Shown piece by piece: positions 49,005-58,688 of a stretch of DNA of 64,000 nucleotides (positions within the stretch are counted from its first letter, which is position 1; the number at the start of each line of letters is the position of its first letter). A program made the translations under genes and the position numbers. The notes beneath the pieces were generated by a model. It did not search any database. It had not been told where the DNA came from and saw only the letters and a program-made list of their open reading frames with translations. The stretch is from an uncultured Acidobacteriota bacterium (GTDB taxonomy: Bacteria > Acidobacteriota > Thermoanaerobaculia > UBA5066 > DATFVB01), in the NCBI GenBank assembly GCA_963813155.1, contig CAWEYG010000001.1, positions 800,001 through 864,000 on the forward strand, read 5' to 3'.

Positions 49005-50561
49005 ATGCACTTGAGCTTTCCCGAATTTCGAAACGAGCCCCTGACCGACTTCTCGAAGGACGAAAACCGAAAGGCCTATACCGAAGCGCTCGCGAAGGTT
49101 ACCTCCCGCCTGCCGCTCCGCGGAAAGCTCCGGATCGGCGGAGAGTGGACCGAGAAACCCGAGACTTTTTCGTCGGTCAACCCGTCCCGCAAGAACGAGG
49201 CGATCGGGCATTTCGCGAAGGGCACCCGCGCCGACGCGCTGCGCGCTGTCGACGAGGCGGCCGGCGCGTTCGAAACCTGGAAGAACGCCCCCGCGAAGGA
49301 GCGGTGCGACCTCCTCGTCCGGATCGCGACCATCCTTCGAAACCGCAAGCACGAATTCTCCGCGATGATGACGGTCGAGGCGGGCAAGACGTGGCCCGAG
49401 GCGGACGCCGACACGGCCGAAGCGATCGATTTCTGCGAGTTCTACGCCCGGGAGATGTGGCGCCTCGCGCAGCCCCAGCCCGTCACGCCCGTCCCCGGAG
49501 AGAGGGGCTTCGTCGAGTTCCTTCCGCTCGGCGTCGGCGCCGTGATTCCGCCGTGGAACTTTCCGCTCGCAATCCTCGCCGGAATGACGACGGCGGCGAT
49601 CGTCGCCGGCAACACGGTCGTTCTGAAACCCGCTTCCGACACGGCCGGCATCGCGACGATGTTCGTCGAGGCTGCAGTCGAGGCCGGGACTCCCGCGGGA
49701 GTGCTGAACTTCGTGACCGGGCCGGGGGCCGAAGTCGGCAACGCGCTCGTCGAATCGCCGAAAGTCCGCTTCATCGCGTTCACGGGATCGAAGGCCGTCG
49801 GCCTGGAGATCAACGAGAAGGCCGCGAAGGTCCCGAGCGGGCAGATCTGGATCAAACGCGCGATCCTCGAGATGGGCGGCAAGGACTTCATCCTCGTCGA
49901 CGAGACGGCCGACCTCGAATCCGCCGCGACGGGAGTCGTCGCCGCCGCGTTCGGGTTCCAGGGGCAGAAGTGCTCCGCCTGCTCGCGCCTGATCGCGGTG
50001 GACTCGATCCACGACGAGCTCGTGAAGAAAGTCGTCGAGAAGACGAAAGCGCTGAAACTGGGCGACGCGGCCGACCCCTCTTCCCACGTGGGCCCGGTCA
50101 TCAACGCCGGCGCGCAGAAGAAGATCCTCGAGTACGTCGAGACCGGCAAGAAGGAAGGAAAGCTCCTCGCGGGAGGCGGGCCGGGGCCCGCGGAGGGATT
50201 TTTCGTTCAGCCCACGGTCATCGACGACGTGAAGCCGAACGCGAGGATCGCGAAGGAGGAAATCTTCGGGCCCGTCCTCGCGATCCTCCGCGCGAAGGAC
50301 TTCGACGAGGGCGTGCGCCTCGCGAACGACACCGAGTACGGCCTGACCGGGGCGCTCTACTCGCGCGACGCGAAGCGGATCGAGCGGGGAAAACGCGAGC
50401 TGTTCTGCGGAAACCTCTACATCAATCGCAAGTGCACGGGCGCGCTCGTCGGCGCGCACCCGTTCGGCGGTTTCAACATGTCGGGCACCGACTCGAAGGC
50501 CGGCGGACCGGAGTACCTGTACCTGTTCACGCAGGCCAAAGCGATCGCCGAGAAGATTTAG
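49005..50561 (+). CDS. pruA: L-glutamate gamma-semialdehyde (1-pyrroline-5-carboxylate) dehydrogenase
   Basis: FRNEP, PWNFPLAI, FTGS, EMGGKD, GQKCSACSR, EEIFGP, PFGGFNMSGTDSKAGGPEYL. Confidence 0.9.
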   Translation: MHLSFPEFRNEPLTDFSKDENRKAYTEALAKVTSRLPLRGKLRIGGEWTEKPETFSSVNPSRKNEAIGHFAKGTRADALRAVDEAAGAFETWKNAPAKERCDLLVRIATILRNRKHEFSAMMTVEAGKTWPEADADTAEAIDFCEFYAREMWRLAQPQPVTPVPGERGFVEFLPLGVGAVIPPWNFPLAILAGMTTAAIVAGNTVVLKPASDTAGIATMFVEAAVEAGTPAGVLNFVTGPGAEVGNALVESPKVRFIAFTGSKAVGLEINEKAAKVPSGQIWIKRAILEMGGKDFILVDETADLESAATGVVAAAFGFQGQKCSACSRLIAVDSIHDELVKKVVEKTKALKLGDAADPSSHVGPVINAGAQKKILEYVETGKKEGKLLAGGGPGPAEGFFVQPTVIDDVKPNARIAKEEIFGPVLAILRAKDFDEGVRLANDTEYGLTGALYSRDAKRIERGKRELFCGNLYINRKCTGALVGAHPFGGFNMSGTDSKAGGPEYLYLFTQAKAIAEKI

Positions 50562-50596
50562 CGCGCAGGGCTCACCGCCGTGAGCCCGCAGCGCTA

Positions 50597-50662
50597 AATC
50601 CCGAGCGGCAGCGAGGGATCTCCCGGGCAGATTCCTTCGTCGCTTCGCTCCTCGGAATGACA
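50597..50662. repeat. Single REP-like palindrome of a different family
   Basis: ATCCCGAGCGGCAGCGAGGGATCT...AGATTCCTTCGTCGCTTCGCTCCTCGGAATGACA between convergent genes. Confidence 0.55.
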
Positions 50663-50751
50663 GAGCCTGCGCGGGCGCCGTCTCGCATCGTTCTCGCCGC
50701 GCCTCACCCTCTTCGCCTCGCGTCGGTCTCGACCCGCTTGGTGTTTTTCGC

Positions 50752-51483
50752 CTACTTCGCTTTCTCCGCCATCATCTTCTTGACCATCTCCTCGAACTTC
50801 GCGTACTCGGCGCTGTCGGTGTCGAACGTCATGAACATGTAGTTGCTGTTCGCGAAATCCCACTTCGCGGCGTCGTTGTACGTCTGGCTGGTCGTCACGC
50901 CCTGGCTCCAGGACTTGTGCATCGGATCGGGCAGCGGCGGATTCGAGATCGTCGGGGTGCCGCCGAGGCCGCCCGAGAGCACGTGCGCCGAAAAGCTGCC
51001 GTAGTCGCCGATCTTCACCTTGTGCTCGTTGCCTTCGATCGTGCGGGTGATCGGGACGTACCGGATCTTCATGCGGTCGGCAGGCACGGGCGGGAAGACC
51101 TCCTGCGCGATCTTGACGAGCGCCTCGCGCTGCTTCGGGTCCGCCTTCGAATCGACGTAGAGGTACCCGAAGTTCCAGTTGCCAATCGACTCCATCATGG
51201 TCTTGCCTTCCGGGCTCTGGTCGAATTCCGCCATCGCGAGGCCGTCGAGCCTGACGCCGCCGTAGCTCCCCTTGTCGACGAAGATCGCCTCGGCGCCGCT
51301 GCACGTCATCTTCGTCGGGTGGTTGCCCCACCAGCAGGGACAGGCCCCGTCGCACGAGCACGACTCCTCCACCTGCCCGCTCATCTTCCAGTCAGAAGGA
51401 ACGGCGGGCGAGGAGTCGGCCGCGAGGGCGGGGGTCAGGCCGGCCGCGAGGGCCGCGCACAGGAGCCAGGCAAATCGTTTCAT
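50752..51483 (-). CDS. DUF1326-like Cys-motif protein with signal peptide
   Basis: WKMSGQVEESCSCDGACPC...C; YVDSKADPKQREAL. Confidence 0.75.
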   Translation of the reverse strand: MKRFAWLLCAALAAGLTPALAADSSPAVPSDWKMSGQVEESCSCDGACPCWWGNHPTKMTCSGAEAIFVDKGSYGGVRLDGLAMAEFDQSPEGKTMMESIGNWNFGYLYVDSKADPKQREALVKIAQEVFPPVPADRMKIRYVPITRTIEGNEHKVKIGDYGSFSAHVLSGGLGGTPTISNPPLPDPMHKSWSQGVTTSQTYNDAAKWDFANSNYMFMTFDTDSAEYAKFEEMVKKMMAEKAK

Positions 51484-51564
51484 CACAGACCTCCTTTTTC
51501 CCAATGATAATTCCCGCGCGAAGGTTTCGCGCCCCTTTCCCCATTTCCCGTAATATTCACGCGT

Positions 51565-51641
51565 CTGCCCGTAGCTCAGTTGGATAGAGCAACGGCCTTC
51601 TAAGCCGTAGGTCGCGCGTTCGAATCGCGCCGGGCAGGCCA
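51565..51641 (+). tRNA. tRNA-Arg (anticodon TCT)
   Basis: Acceptor CTGCCCG/CGGGCAG, D-arm GCTC...GAGC, ACGGC-CT TCT AA-GCCGT, GTTCGAATC, CCA. Confidence 0.95.
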
Positions 51642-51822
51642 ATTTCCCCTTTCTGATCAGCGGAATGCGATCGAGGGGAAATTCTCGGTCCGAATCCGGG
51701 TCAAATCCGGGCTACAGCGAGCCGGGCTCAGCCCGGTCCAGCCCGGTTCCCGACGGGCGAAATGTGAAGGCTCCCGGGGAACCGATTCAAATTCAGAATT
51801 CAAGATCGGTGCGAAGGGAACC

Positions 51823-54233
51823 CTACTTCGGCAGCGTGACGTTGAAATCGATCTTCGCCAGCTGCTCCGGCGCCTTGCCGAGCTTGCGCAGGAACGGCAG
51901 CCAGCGCGGGTCGGCGTGGATCTTGTCGAACAGGTTCTCCGTCACGATGTCGCTGATGCCGGGGTCGCCGTACGCGACCGCCTTGTCGAGCCACGCGAAC
52001 GCCTTGTCCGCCTCGCCGCGGAACGCGTAGACGTAGGCGATGTTGTAGGGCGCATCCTTCTCGTACTTCGCGATCAGCGCGGCGAGCGCAGCGTCGGAGT
52101 CGGCCTTGCGCCCGAGCGCGTGGTACGCCATCGGCAGACCGATCATCTTCCACAGGTCGACCGTCTCCTGCTCGAACTCCGCCAGCGCGCCCTGCGGATC
52201 GCTCTTCAGCAGCAGCGCATTGCCGAGTTGGGCGTGCGCGCCGCCCCGGCCCGGGGCGAGGCTCAGCACGGTACGGCACGACGCGATCGCCGCGTCGAAC
52301 CGGCCGGCCAGCCGCTGGTAGCAACCCAGGTTGAAGAGCGCCTGCACGTTCACCGGATCGCGGCGGACGACGATCTCTTCGAGCGCCAGCGCCTCACCCA
52401 GGCGGCCCAGAGACTGGAGCAGCGAGGCGCTGTTGGTCAGCACGTCCAGATCCGTGGGATCGATCGCCAGTGCACGCTTGAAGTGCTCCGCCGCTCCGGC
52501 GAGGTCGTTGTCGCTGTCTGCGATCCAGCCGAGGTGGGCGTGGGCCGGTGCGTAGTCCGGATCGATCGCGAGTGCCTTCATCGCCGCCTCACGCGCCTGG
52601 GCGAACCCTTCCTTGTTGGGCAGCAGGCCTTGGCCTGTCTCGTTGGCGAGGTTGCGGGCCAGCCCGTCCCACGCCGGGGCGTAGCGTGGATCGATCGCTA
52701 GCACCTTGCGGAACAGCGCGTCGGACTGCTGGAATGCCTCGGCGGTCTTCTGTCGTTCGAGCTGGACGGCCTGCAGGTACAGCGCGTAAGCCTCGGGATC
52801 GGTCGTGCGCGCCTTCGGTGCCGCGCCGAGCAGCGTGACCTTGAGCTGCTTCACCACGTCGGCCGCGATCTCGTCCTGGATCGCAAAGATGTCGGTAAGC
52901 TTTCGGTCGTAGGTCTGCGACCAGAGGTGCGTGTCCGTTCCAGCCTTGATCAACTGCGCCGTGATCCGAACCTCGTTTCCGGCCTTCCTCACCGAGCCTT
53001 CGAGCACGTGCGCCACGTGCAGCGTGCGCGCGATCTCCGGAATCGCGACCTCTTTCCCCTTGAACGAGAACGACGACGTCCGCGCCGTGACCTGGAGCTC
53101 CGGGATCTTCGCGAGCAGGTTCAGAAGTTCTTCGGAGATGCCGTCGGAGAAGGACTCATTCGCTTTGTCGTCGCTCATGTTCACGAACGGCAGCACGGCG
53201 ATCGACTGCTCGGATATGTCGGCCTGGGCTCCCATTCGCCAACCGCCGCGTTTCAAGAGCAAGAGACCGGCGACCACGGCAACGAGAACGCCCGCAGCCG
53301 CAAAGATGGCGATTCGACGGCTGGCCGGAGCCTGAGCAGCCGCCTGCACGCCACTCGCGCTTGAGCTCGCGCTCGTCGAGCCGGAAGCTTCCGAAAGCGC
53401 GAAGACAATGTCCCGGGCGGCCTGAAAGCGATCCTCGGGTTTCTTCTCAAGACAGTGGCGGACGACGTGATCGAGCGCGATCGGGATGTTTCGACCCGAT
53501 TCGGTCAGGTCGGGCGGGTCGTCCCGCATGATCGCCGCCATCGTGTCGCTCGGCGTGTCCCTCTTGAAGGCCCGATGGCCGGAAAGCATCTCGTAGAGGA
53601 CCGCTCCGAAGGAAAAGATGTCGGAGCGGTGATCGACTTCGCGCCCCCGCACCTGCTCGGGCGACATGTATCCCATCGTTCCCATCACGGTGCCGGGCTC
53701 GGTCCCCTTCGACTCTGTCGGCGCGCTCGTCTCGTCCTCGCTCTTGGTCATCTCGGTCCTTTTCGCCAGGCCGAAGTCGAGGATCTTCGACGTGCCCGTC
53801 TTTCGAGACGAAGAGGTTCTCGGGCTTCAGGTCCCGGTGGACGATCCCCTTCTCGTGCGCGGCCGAGAGCCCCTGCGCGACCTGCATCGCAAAATCGACG
53901 AGCCTGCTTCTGCGGGAGCGCTCCGGAGTCGAGCCGGTCGCGAAGTGTCTGGCCCGAGAGCAGCTCCATGACGGCGTAGGCAACGCCGTGATCGGTCCCG
54001 AAATCGAAGATCGAGAGGATGTTCGGGTGCGAGAGCGCGGCGACGGCCTTCGCTTCGCGTTCAAACCGGGCGAGCATGTCCGGGTTCGACGCGACCGCCT
54101 CGGGAAGCACCTTGATCGCGACGTCCCGATCGAGCTTCGAGTCCTTCGCCCGGTACACCTCGCCCATCCCTCCGGCGCCGATCGGCGCAAGAATCTCGTA
54201 GGGACCGAGGCGGGTGCCGGAAGCTAGGCTCAA
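51823..54233 (-). CDS. Ser/Thr kinase + TM + TolB-N-like (SIAVLPF) + TPR; two frameshifts
   Basis: Pieces in ORFs 53748-54233, 53447-54190 (HRDLKPEN) and 51823-53751. Confidence 0.85.
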
Positions 54234-54392
54234 GATTTCTCCTGTGGTGGTGATTCTATCCTTCCCGCCAGAAGGGCGGTTCTCGGCCGCGACTCGGATC
54301 GAGAAGGCCTCTCAAAACGCCGAGACCGGGGTTTAAAGACGCGATCGGTGGTGAGGGGTTGCGGGTTCGCCCGCGAACGTTGGCTGGGTAGG

Positions 54393-57074
54393 TTACGGCG
54401 CCTTCGCTTCCCGGAGTTTTCGTTTCACTTCTGAAAACCAGTTGATGGTCATGTTGAGTCTTGTCTGCGCTCCGGGGTTTGGGTCCTCCGCGACGATGAA
54501 TCGTTTTCCATCATGGGCGACATCGAAGGCGAAGATCTCGTGGTTCTCGAACAGGGTACGGGGAGCTCCGGCCGCGAATTCGTCCTTTGCCGAGCTGACG
54601 GGAGCCGCGAGAAATTTCGTGCCGCACAGATAGAAGATCTCGTTTCCGGTCGGCGACCAGACAGGGACCGCCCCTCCATCGGTTGAGACCCGCCATTTCC
54701 TGTCCTCACCTGAAGAGGGCCGCACGTAGATCTCCGCCCGGCCGGATTCCTCCGACTGGTAGACAACCCATCGGCCGTCAGGCGAAAAGGATGCGGTGAA
54801 GGGGTCCAGAAACATCGACTTGAAGAGGACCTTTCTTTCCTCTTGAGAGGATGCGCCGCTCAGGCGGCGAACACAAAGCTCGTTGAGACCGTCGGAGAGG
54901 GTTCGGACATAGAGCACTTTCGAGCCATCCGAGGAGATTCTCATGGGGTCTTCCTCGGAATCCGACGGAAAGAGAAGTTGTGCGCTGCCGCTGTCGTCGG
55001 CGGCCTTCGAGAAGATCTGGTAGAACTTGTCCTTCTCGAGACCGAAATAGATCCGGCGTCCGTCGGACGACCAGGCGGGATCCTCCGCTCGTGCCGGGAG
55101 CGAGAGCGTCGTCAGAGAGAGTCTCGCCAGGTCAAGGATCGCCATGGAATTGCCAATGTTGATCGCGACCCGGCTCCCGTCGGGCGATAGAGCCAGCAAC
55201 AAGTATTCGTGATGGGGCACTTTGATCGGCTCGGCGTGTCCCTCGCGATCGATCCAAGAGAGCATCGATTCGCCGACGGCGGCGTTGGCGGGAGCAGTCA
55301 CCAGGATGCCGTCCCTGGAGAAATCCATCTGGGAAAAGCCGGCGGTATTGAGCAGGACGTTGCGAGCGACCTCCACAGGAGATCCTTCGACTTTCAATGA
55401 CCGAGTGTCGAAGGAGACGGCATAGAGCGCCCCGGCCCGGGCGTAGACGAGAAAACCGCCCGGCAGATAACGCGGGTAGGTTCCGCCCTTGATCAAGACC
55501 TTGCGCTCGCCGTTGTCGAGCCGCTCGGCAACGATTGTCGCCTCGTCCCAATCCGCGCCTTTGCCGATCGCATAGAGGAGGACCTTCCCGCCGGGTAAAA
55601 GCTCGGGCCAGCGATGCAGCTGTTCCCCCTCCTTGGTCCGAATCCGCGTCACCGGGGCAGCCGCGCCGCCATCCGCCGAGACTCGATAGATCGGCACGTA
55701 CATGTTCGGGACGAAATAGATCGATCCGTCTTCGCCCCAGGTGGCGCCGCGAAAGATCGGAGCGTCGCAGAGCGTGACCGGCGTGCCGCCGGCGAGCGCC
55801 ACTTTCTTGAGCTTCGGGCCTGCGACGAAGCCGATCCATTTTCCGTCGGGGGAGAAGAAGGGAAAGCTCCCGCCTTCGGTTCCGGGGATCGCTGCCGATT
55901 CCTCGGAATCCAGCGATCGCAGCCGAAGCTCTGAAGTCACGCCCTTCACAACGCTGTAGACGAGCCGGGAGCCATCCGGCGAGATCGCGAGGGTCCTCCA
56001 TTGGTTCAAAGCAAGACGCTCGCCTCCGCTCGGGAGAAACTGGGCCCGTAGGACTCTCTGCTCCCGCTCTGTCGCCCGTCGCATCGAGCCGAACAGAAAA
56101 AGACCGAGCAGAAGCGCCAGGAGCGTCGAGCCGGAGGCGATCCCCCAGCCAATCCTCTCCCGGCTCTTTCTCCGCGAGACAACGGTCGCGGGTGCTCCTG
56201 CCTGCGACCCCGCCTCGGCGATCCACGCGAGCTCGCTCTTGACATCGCGTGCGCTCTGCCAGCGGTCCTCCGGATCCTTGGCGAGGCAGGTCTTGACGAC
56301 GCGGTCGAGCGCCGGGGGCGTCATCGGGGCAACCGCCGAGATCGGACGCGGATCGTCCCTCAGGATGGACGGAAATCAGCGACACCCGGCTTGCCCCTGT
56401 GAACGCTTTTCTTCCGGTCGCCATTTCGTAGAGCACGCAGCCGAACGCGAAGATGTCGGACCGCGGGTCGGCCTCCTTGCCCTCCAGCTGTTCCGGCGAC
56501 ATGTATTGGAACGTCCCGAGAATCGTTCCTCTGCTCAGTCAGAGGGCGCTCGGCCTCCGTTGGCAGCGACGAAAGATCCGAAAGTTCGGTTCGTGAACCC
56601 ACGGCTTTGGCAAGGCCGAAGTCGAGGAGCTTCACGCCCGACTTCGTGATCATCACGTTGCCGGGCTTCAAGTCCCGGTGGACGATACCGGCCCGGTGGG
56701 CCTTGTCGAGCGCGTCGGCGATCTCGACACCGAACTTCAGGACCTGCTCGGTCGGGAGTGCCCCCTTCTCGAGCCTCTCGGACAGCGTCTGGCCCTCGAG
56801 TAGCTCCATGACGAGATACTCGACGCCCGTCGTGATTCCCCACGTCGTGGAGCGTGCAGATGTGAGGATGGGTGAGTTGCGAGATCGCCTTTGCCTCGCG
56901 CTCGAAGCGTGCTTTCAGGTCCGCGTCGGCCGAGAGGTGGGAAGGAAGCACCTTGATGGCGACGCTTCGGTCGAGCCGTGTGTCCCGCGCCTTGTACACC
57001 TCCCCCATGCCACCCGCGCCGAGCGGCGAGAGGATCTCGTAGGGGCCGAGGCGAGTACCGGCAGCGAGGCTCAA
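54393..57074 (-). CDS. Ser/Thr kinase + TM + PD40/TolB-like propeller; about three frameshifts
   Basis: Pieces in ORFs 56535-57074, 56360-56809, 55132-56502 and 54393-56324. Confidence 0.85.
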
Positions 57075-57117
57075 GGATTCTCCTGTGGCGGGGATTCTAT
57101 CCTCTCAACCCGAACAC

Positions 57118-57208
57118 CGCCGGGCAGGCCAACTTCCCCTCTTCGGATCAGCGGGATGCGATCGCGACGAAATTCTCTAGGCTCGAATCCGGGTCAAAGT
57201 CGGGCTAC
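57118..57208 (+). repeat. Copy of the tRNA-Arg 3' end (14 bp) plus about 75 bp of degenerate downstream flank (att-like)
   Basis: CGCCGGGCAGGCCAA.TTCCCCT...GATCAGCGG.ATGCGATCG...GAATCCGGGTCAAA..CGGGCTAC, matching 51628-51715. Confidence 0.8.
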
Positions 57209-57278
57209 GGCGGGAAGAAAGCGGTTTTGGTTTCGCGCGATGAGCTTCTCGATCGTGGCCGAACACTTCGTGATTGAT

Positions 57279-58448
57279 CTAACGCCGCGGTTTTCTGAAG
57301 AAGTCGGCAAACGCCACTGCGTGCTTCCAGCCACCAGCCTTTCCCCATGAATTCGTCGCGATAGCGGCGACAAGATCCTCCTGCGGAAAATTCACAAGGC
57401 AGGCATTGAACCCATCCACACTCCCACACTCGTAGACCATGGTGCGGCCAGCCGAGTCGTTGACGACCCGCCACATCAGCGCCTGTTTGTAGGCCTCGTG
57501 ACCGGGCGGACCGTTTTCGCGGAACCAGAGTTTGGGGCTTGTCTGCGGAGAGAACATGGCTTTGACCGTCTCGGGTTTCATCAGCCGTCCGTGGTTGAGG
57601 GCGGCGCCAAGCCGGACGAGATCCTCCGACGTCGAGAGCATTCCGCCGCTGGCAAATTTGTAGGTTCGGTCGTAAACCGGGATCGGAACGGGCGGTACCT
57701 TGTCGATGTGATAGCTCCGCGCTCGATTGTCGTCCACCCGACCTGGCACGTCAAAGGACGTCCGCGTCATCCCGGAAGGTTCCCAGACGTTCTCTTTCAT
57801 GTAGGTCTCGAACGGAGCGTGAGTCGCCTCCTCGATTACGCCTTGCAGGAGATTGACCGCGTAAGAGGAGTAGAAGAAATACTTTCCCGGCGTGAAGAGC
57901 AGCGGGTCGTCCTTGAAGAGCGCGATGGCCTGTTCAAATGTGGGGTATGCCATCGTGTTGCCCTGCACCGGCATGTCGGGAACATCCGTATCGCGATAAT
58001 GACGGATGCCGGAGGTATGGCTCATCAATTCCCGGATCGTGATCGGGACTCCCTTGTCCGGGAACGACGGCACGTAGCGACGGACATTGTCATCCAACCG
58101 GATCGTCCCTCTCTCGACAAGCTGCATCACGGCAACGGCGGTATTGGCCTTCGAGAGCGATCCGATGTTGAAGACGGTGTCGCTGCGCGCCGCGACGTGA
58201 TTCTCCAGGTCCGCGACGCCGGCGCCCTTCGAGAAGACGATCTTTCCCTTCGAGGCAACCGCGGCTGTCAGAGCCGGCGTACCGCTCGTTTTCTGGACAT
58301 TCTCGAGGTAGGCCGTTGCTTTGGCTTCAGCGGCGGGCGTGGCTAAGGTAGCGGCTTTCGGCGCCGTGGCTAGACCGACGACAGGCGTGGCTAGACCGAT
58401 GACAAGGATGACTCCTTGCCGGAGCAGACGAGTCGAAATGGTTTTCAT
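57279..58448 (-). CDS. Serine hydrolase, beta-lactamase class C-like family
   Basis: FNIGSLSK (SxxK), LMSHTSG, YSS; signal peptide. Confidence 0.9.
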   Translation of the reverse strand: MKTISTRLLRQGVILVIGLATPVVGLATAPKAATLATPAAEAKATAYLENVQKTSGTPALTAAVASKGKIVFSKGAGVADLENHVAARSDTVFNIGSLSKANTAVAVMQLVERGTIRLDDNVRRYVPSFPDKGVPITIRELMSHTSGIRHYRDTDVPDMPVQGNTMAYPTFEQAIALFKDDPLLFTPGKYFFYSSYAVNLLQGVIEEATHAPFETYMKENVWEPSGMTRTSFDVPGRVDDNRARSYHIDKVPPVPIPVYDRTYKFASGGMLSTSEDLVRLGAALNHGRLMKPETVKAMFSPQTSPKLWFRENGPPGHEAYKQALMWRVVNDSAGRTMVYECGSVDGFNACLVNFPQEDLVAAIATNSWGKAGGWKHAVAFADFFRKPRR

Positions 58449-58599
58449 GCAACCCAGTATACGGAGCTGGCAACGGAGCTGGCAGTGGCAGCGTCGATTC
58501 CTGTATTGCATTCGATCGAGAGCCCGGGAAATGCCTTCATTCACTGAGTTGAGGCTTCGTCAGCCGCCACTAACGTTCGCCTCGGTCGTTGAAGGTTTG

Positions 58600-58627
58600 G
58601 CGCGTTCGAATCGCGCCGGGCAGGCCA
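58600..58627 (+). repeat. Exact 28-bp copy of the tRNA-Arg 3' end (att-like)
   Basis: GCGCGTTCGAATCGCGCCGGGCAGGCCA equals 51614-51641. Confidence 0.9.
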
Positions 58628-58688
58628 TCCGCCTTCGCCCTGTCAAGCGCTGCTGCGCTTGACGAAGCTACGGCGCGATTCGCCCCGC

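Noticed and set aside
45708-50459. 1583-aa ORF and many other long Arg/Gly/Pro-rich ORFs (e.g. 231-1292, 14000-16240, 45896-48931)
   Set aside because: Antisense or off-frame shadows of well-supported genes in high-GC DNA; no motifs of their own.
2283-57074. Frameshifts in the TonB receptor, PP2C, RelE, GT-C, M3 peptidase and kinase genes as programmed frameshifting or pseudogenisation
   Set aside because: Scattered single-base indels in unrelated genes without accumulated nonsense codons fit long-read error better. This cannot be settled without reads.
44690-58448. MBL-fold and serine hydrolase genes as antibiotic-resistance genes
   Set aside because: Only superfamily motifs are visible; the sequence gives no basis for beta-lactam specificity.
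58570-58627. Second tRNA-Arg gene
   Set aside because: Only the T-arm and 3' acceptor strand are present; there is no D-arm or anticodon arm.
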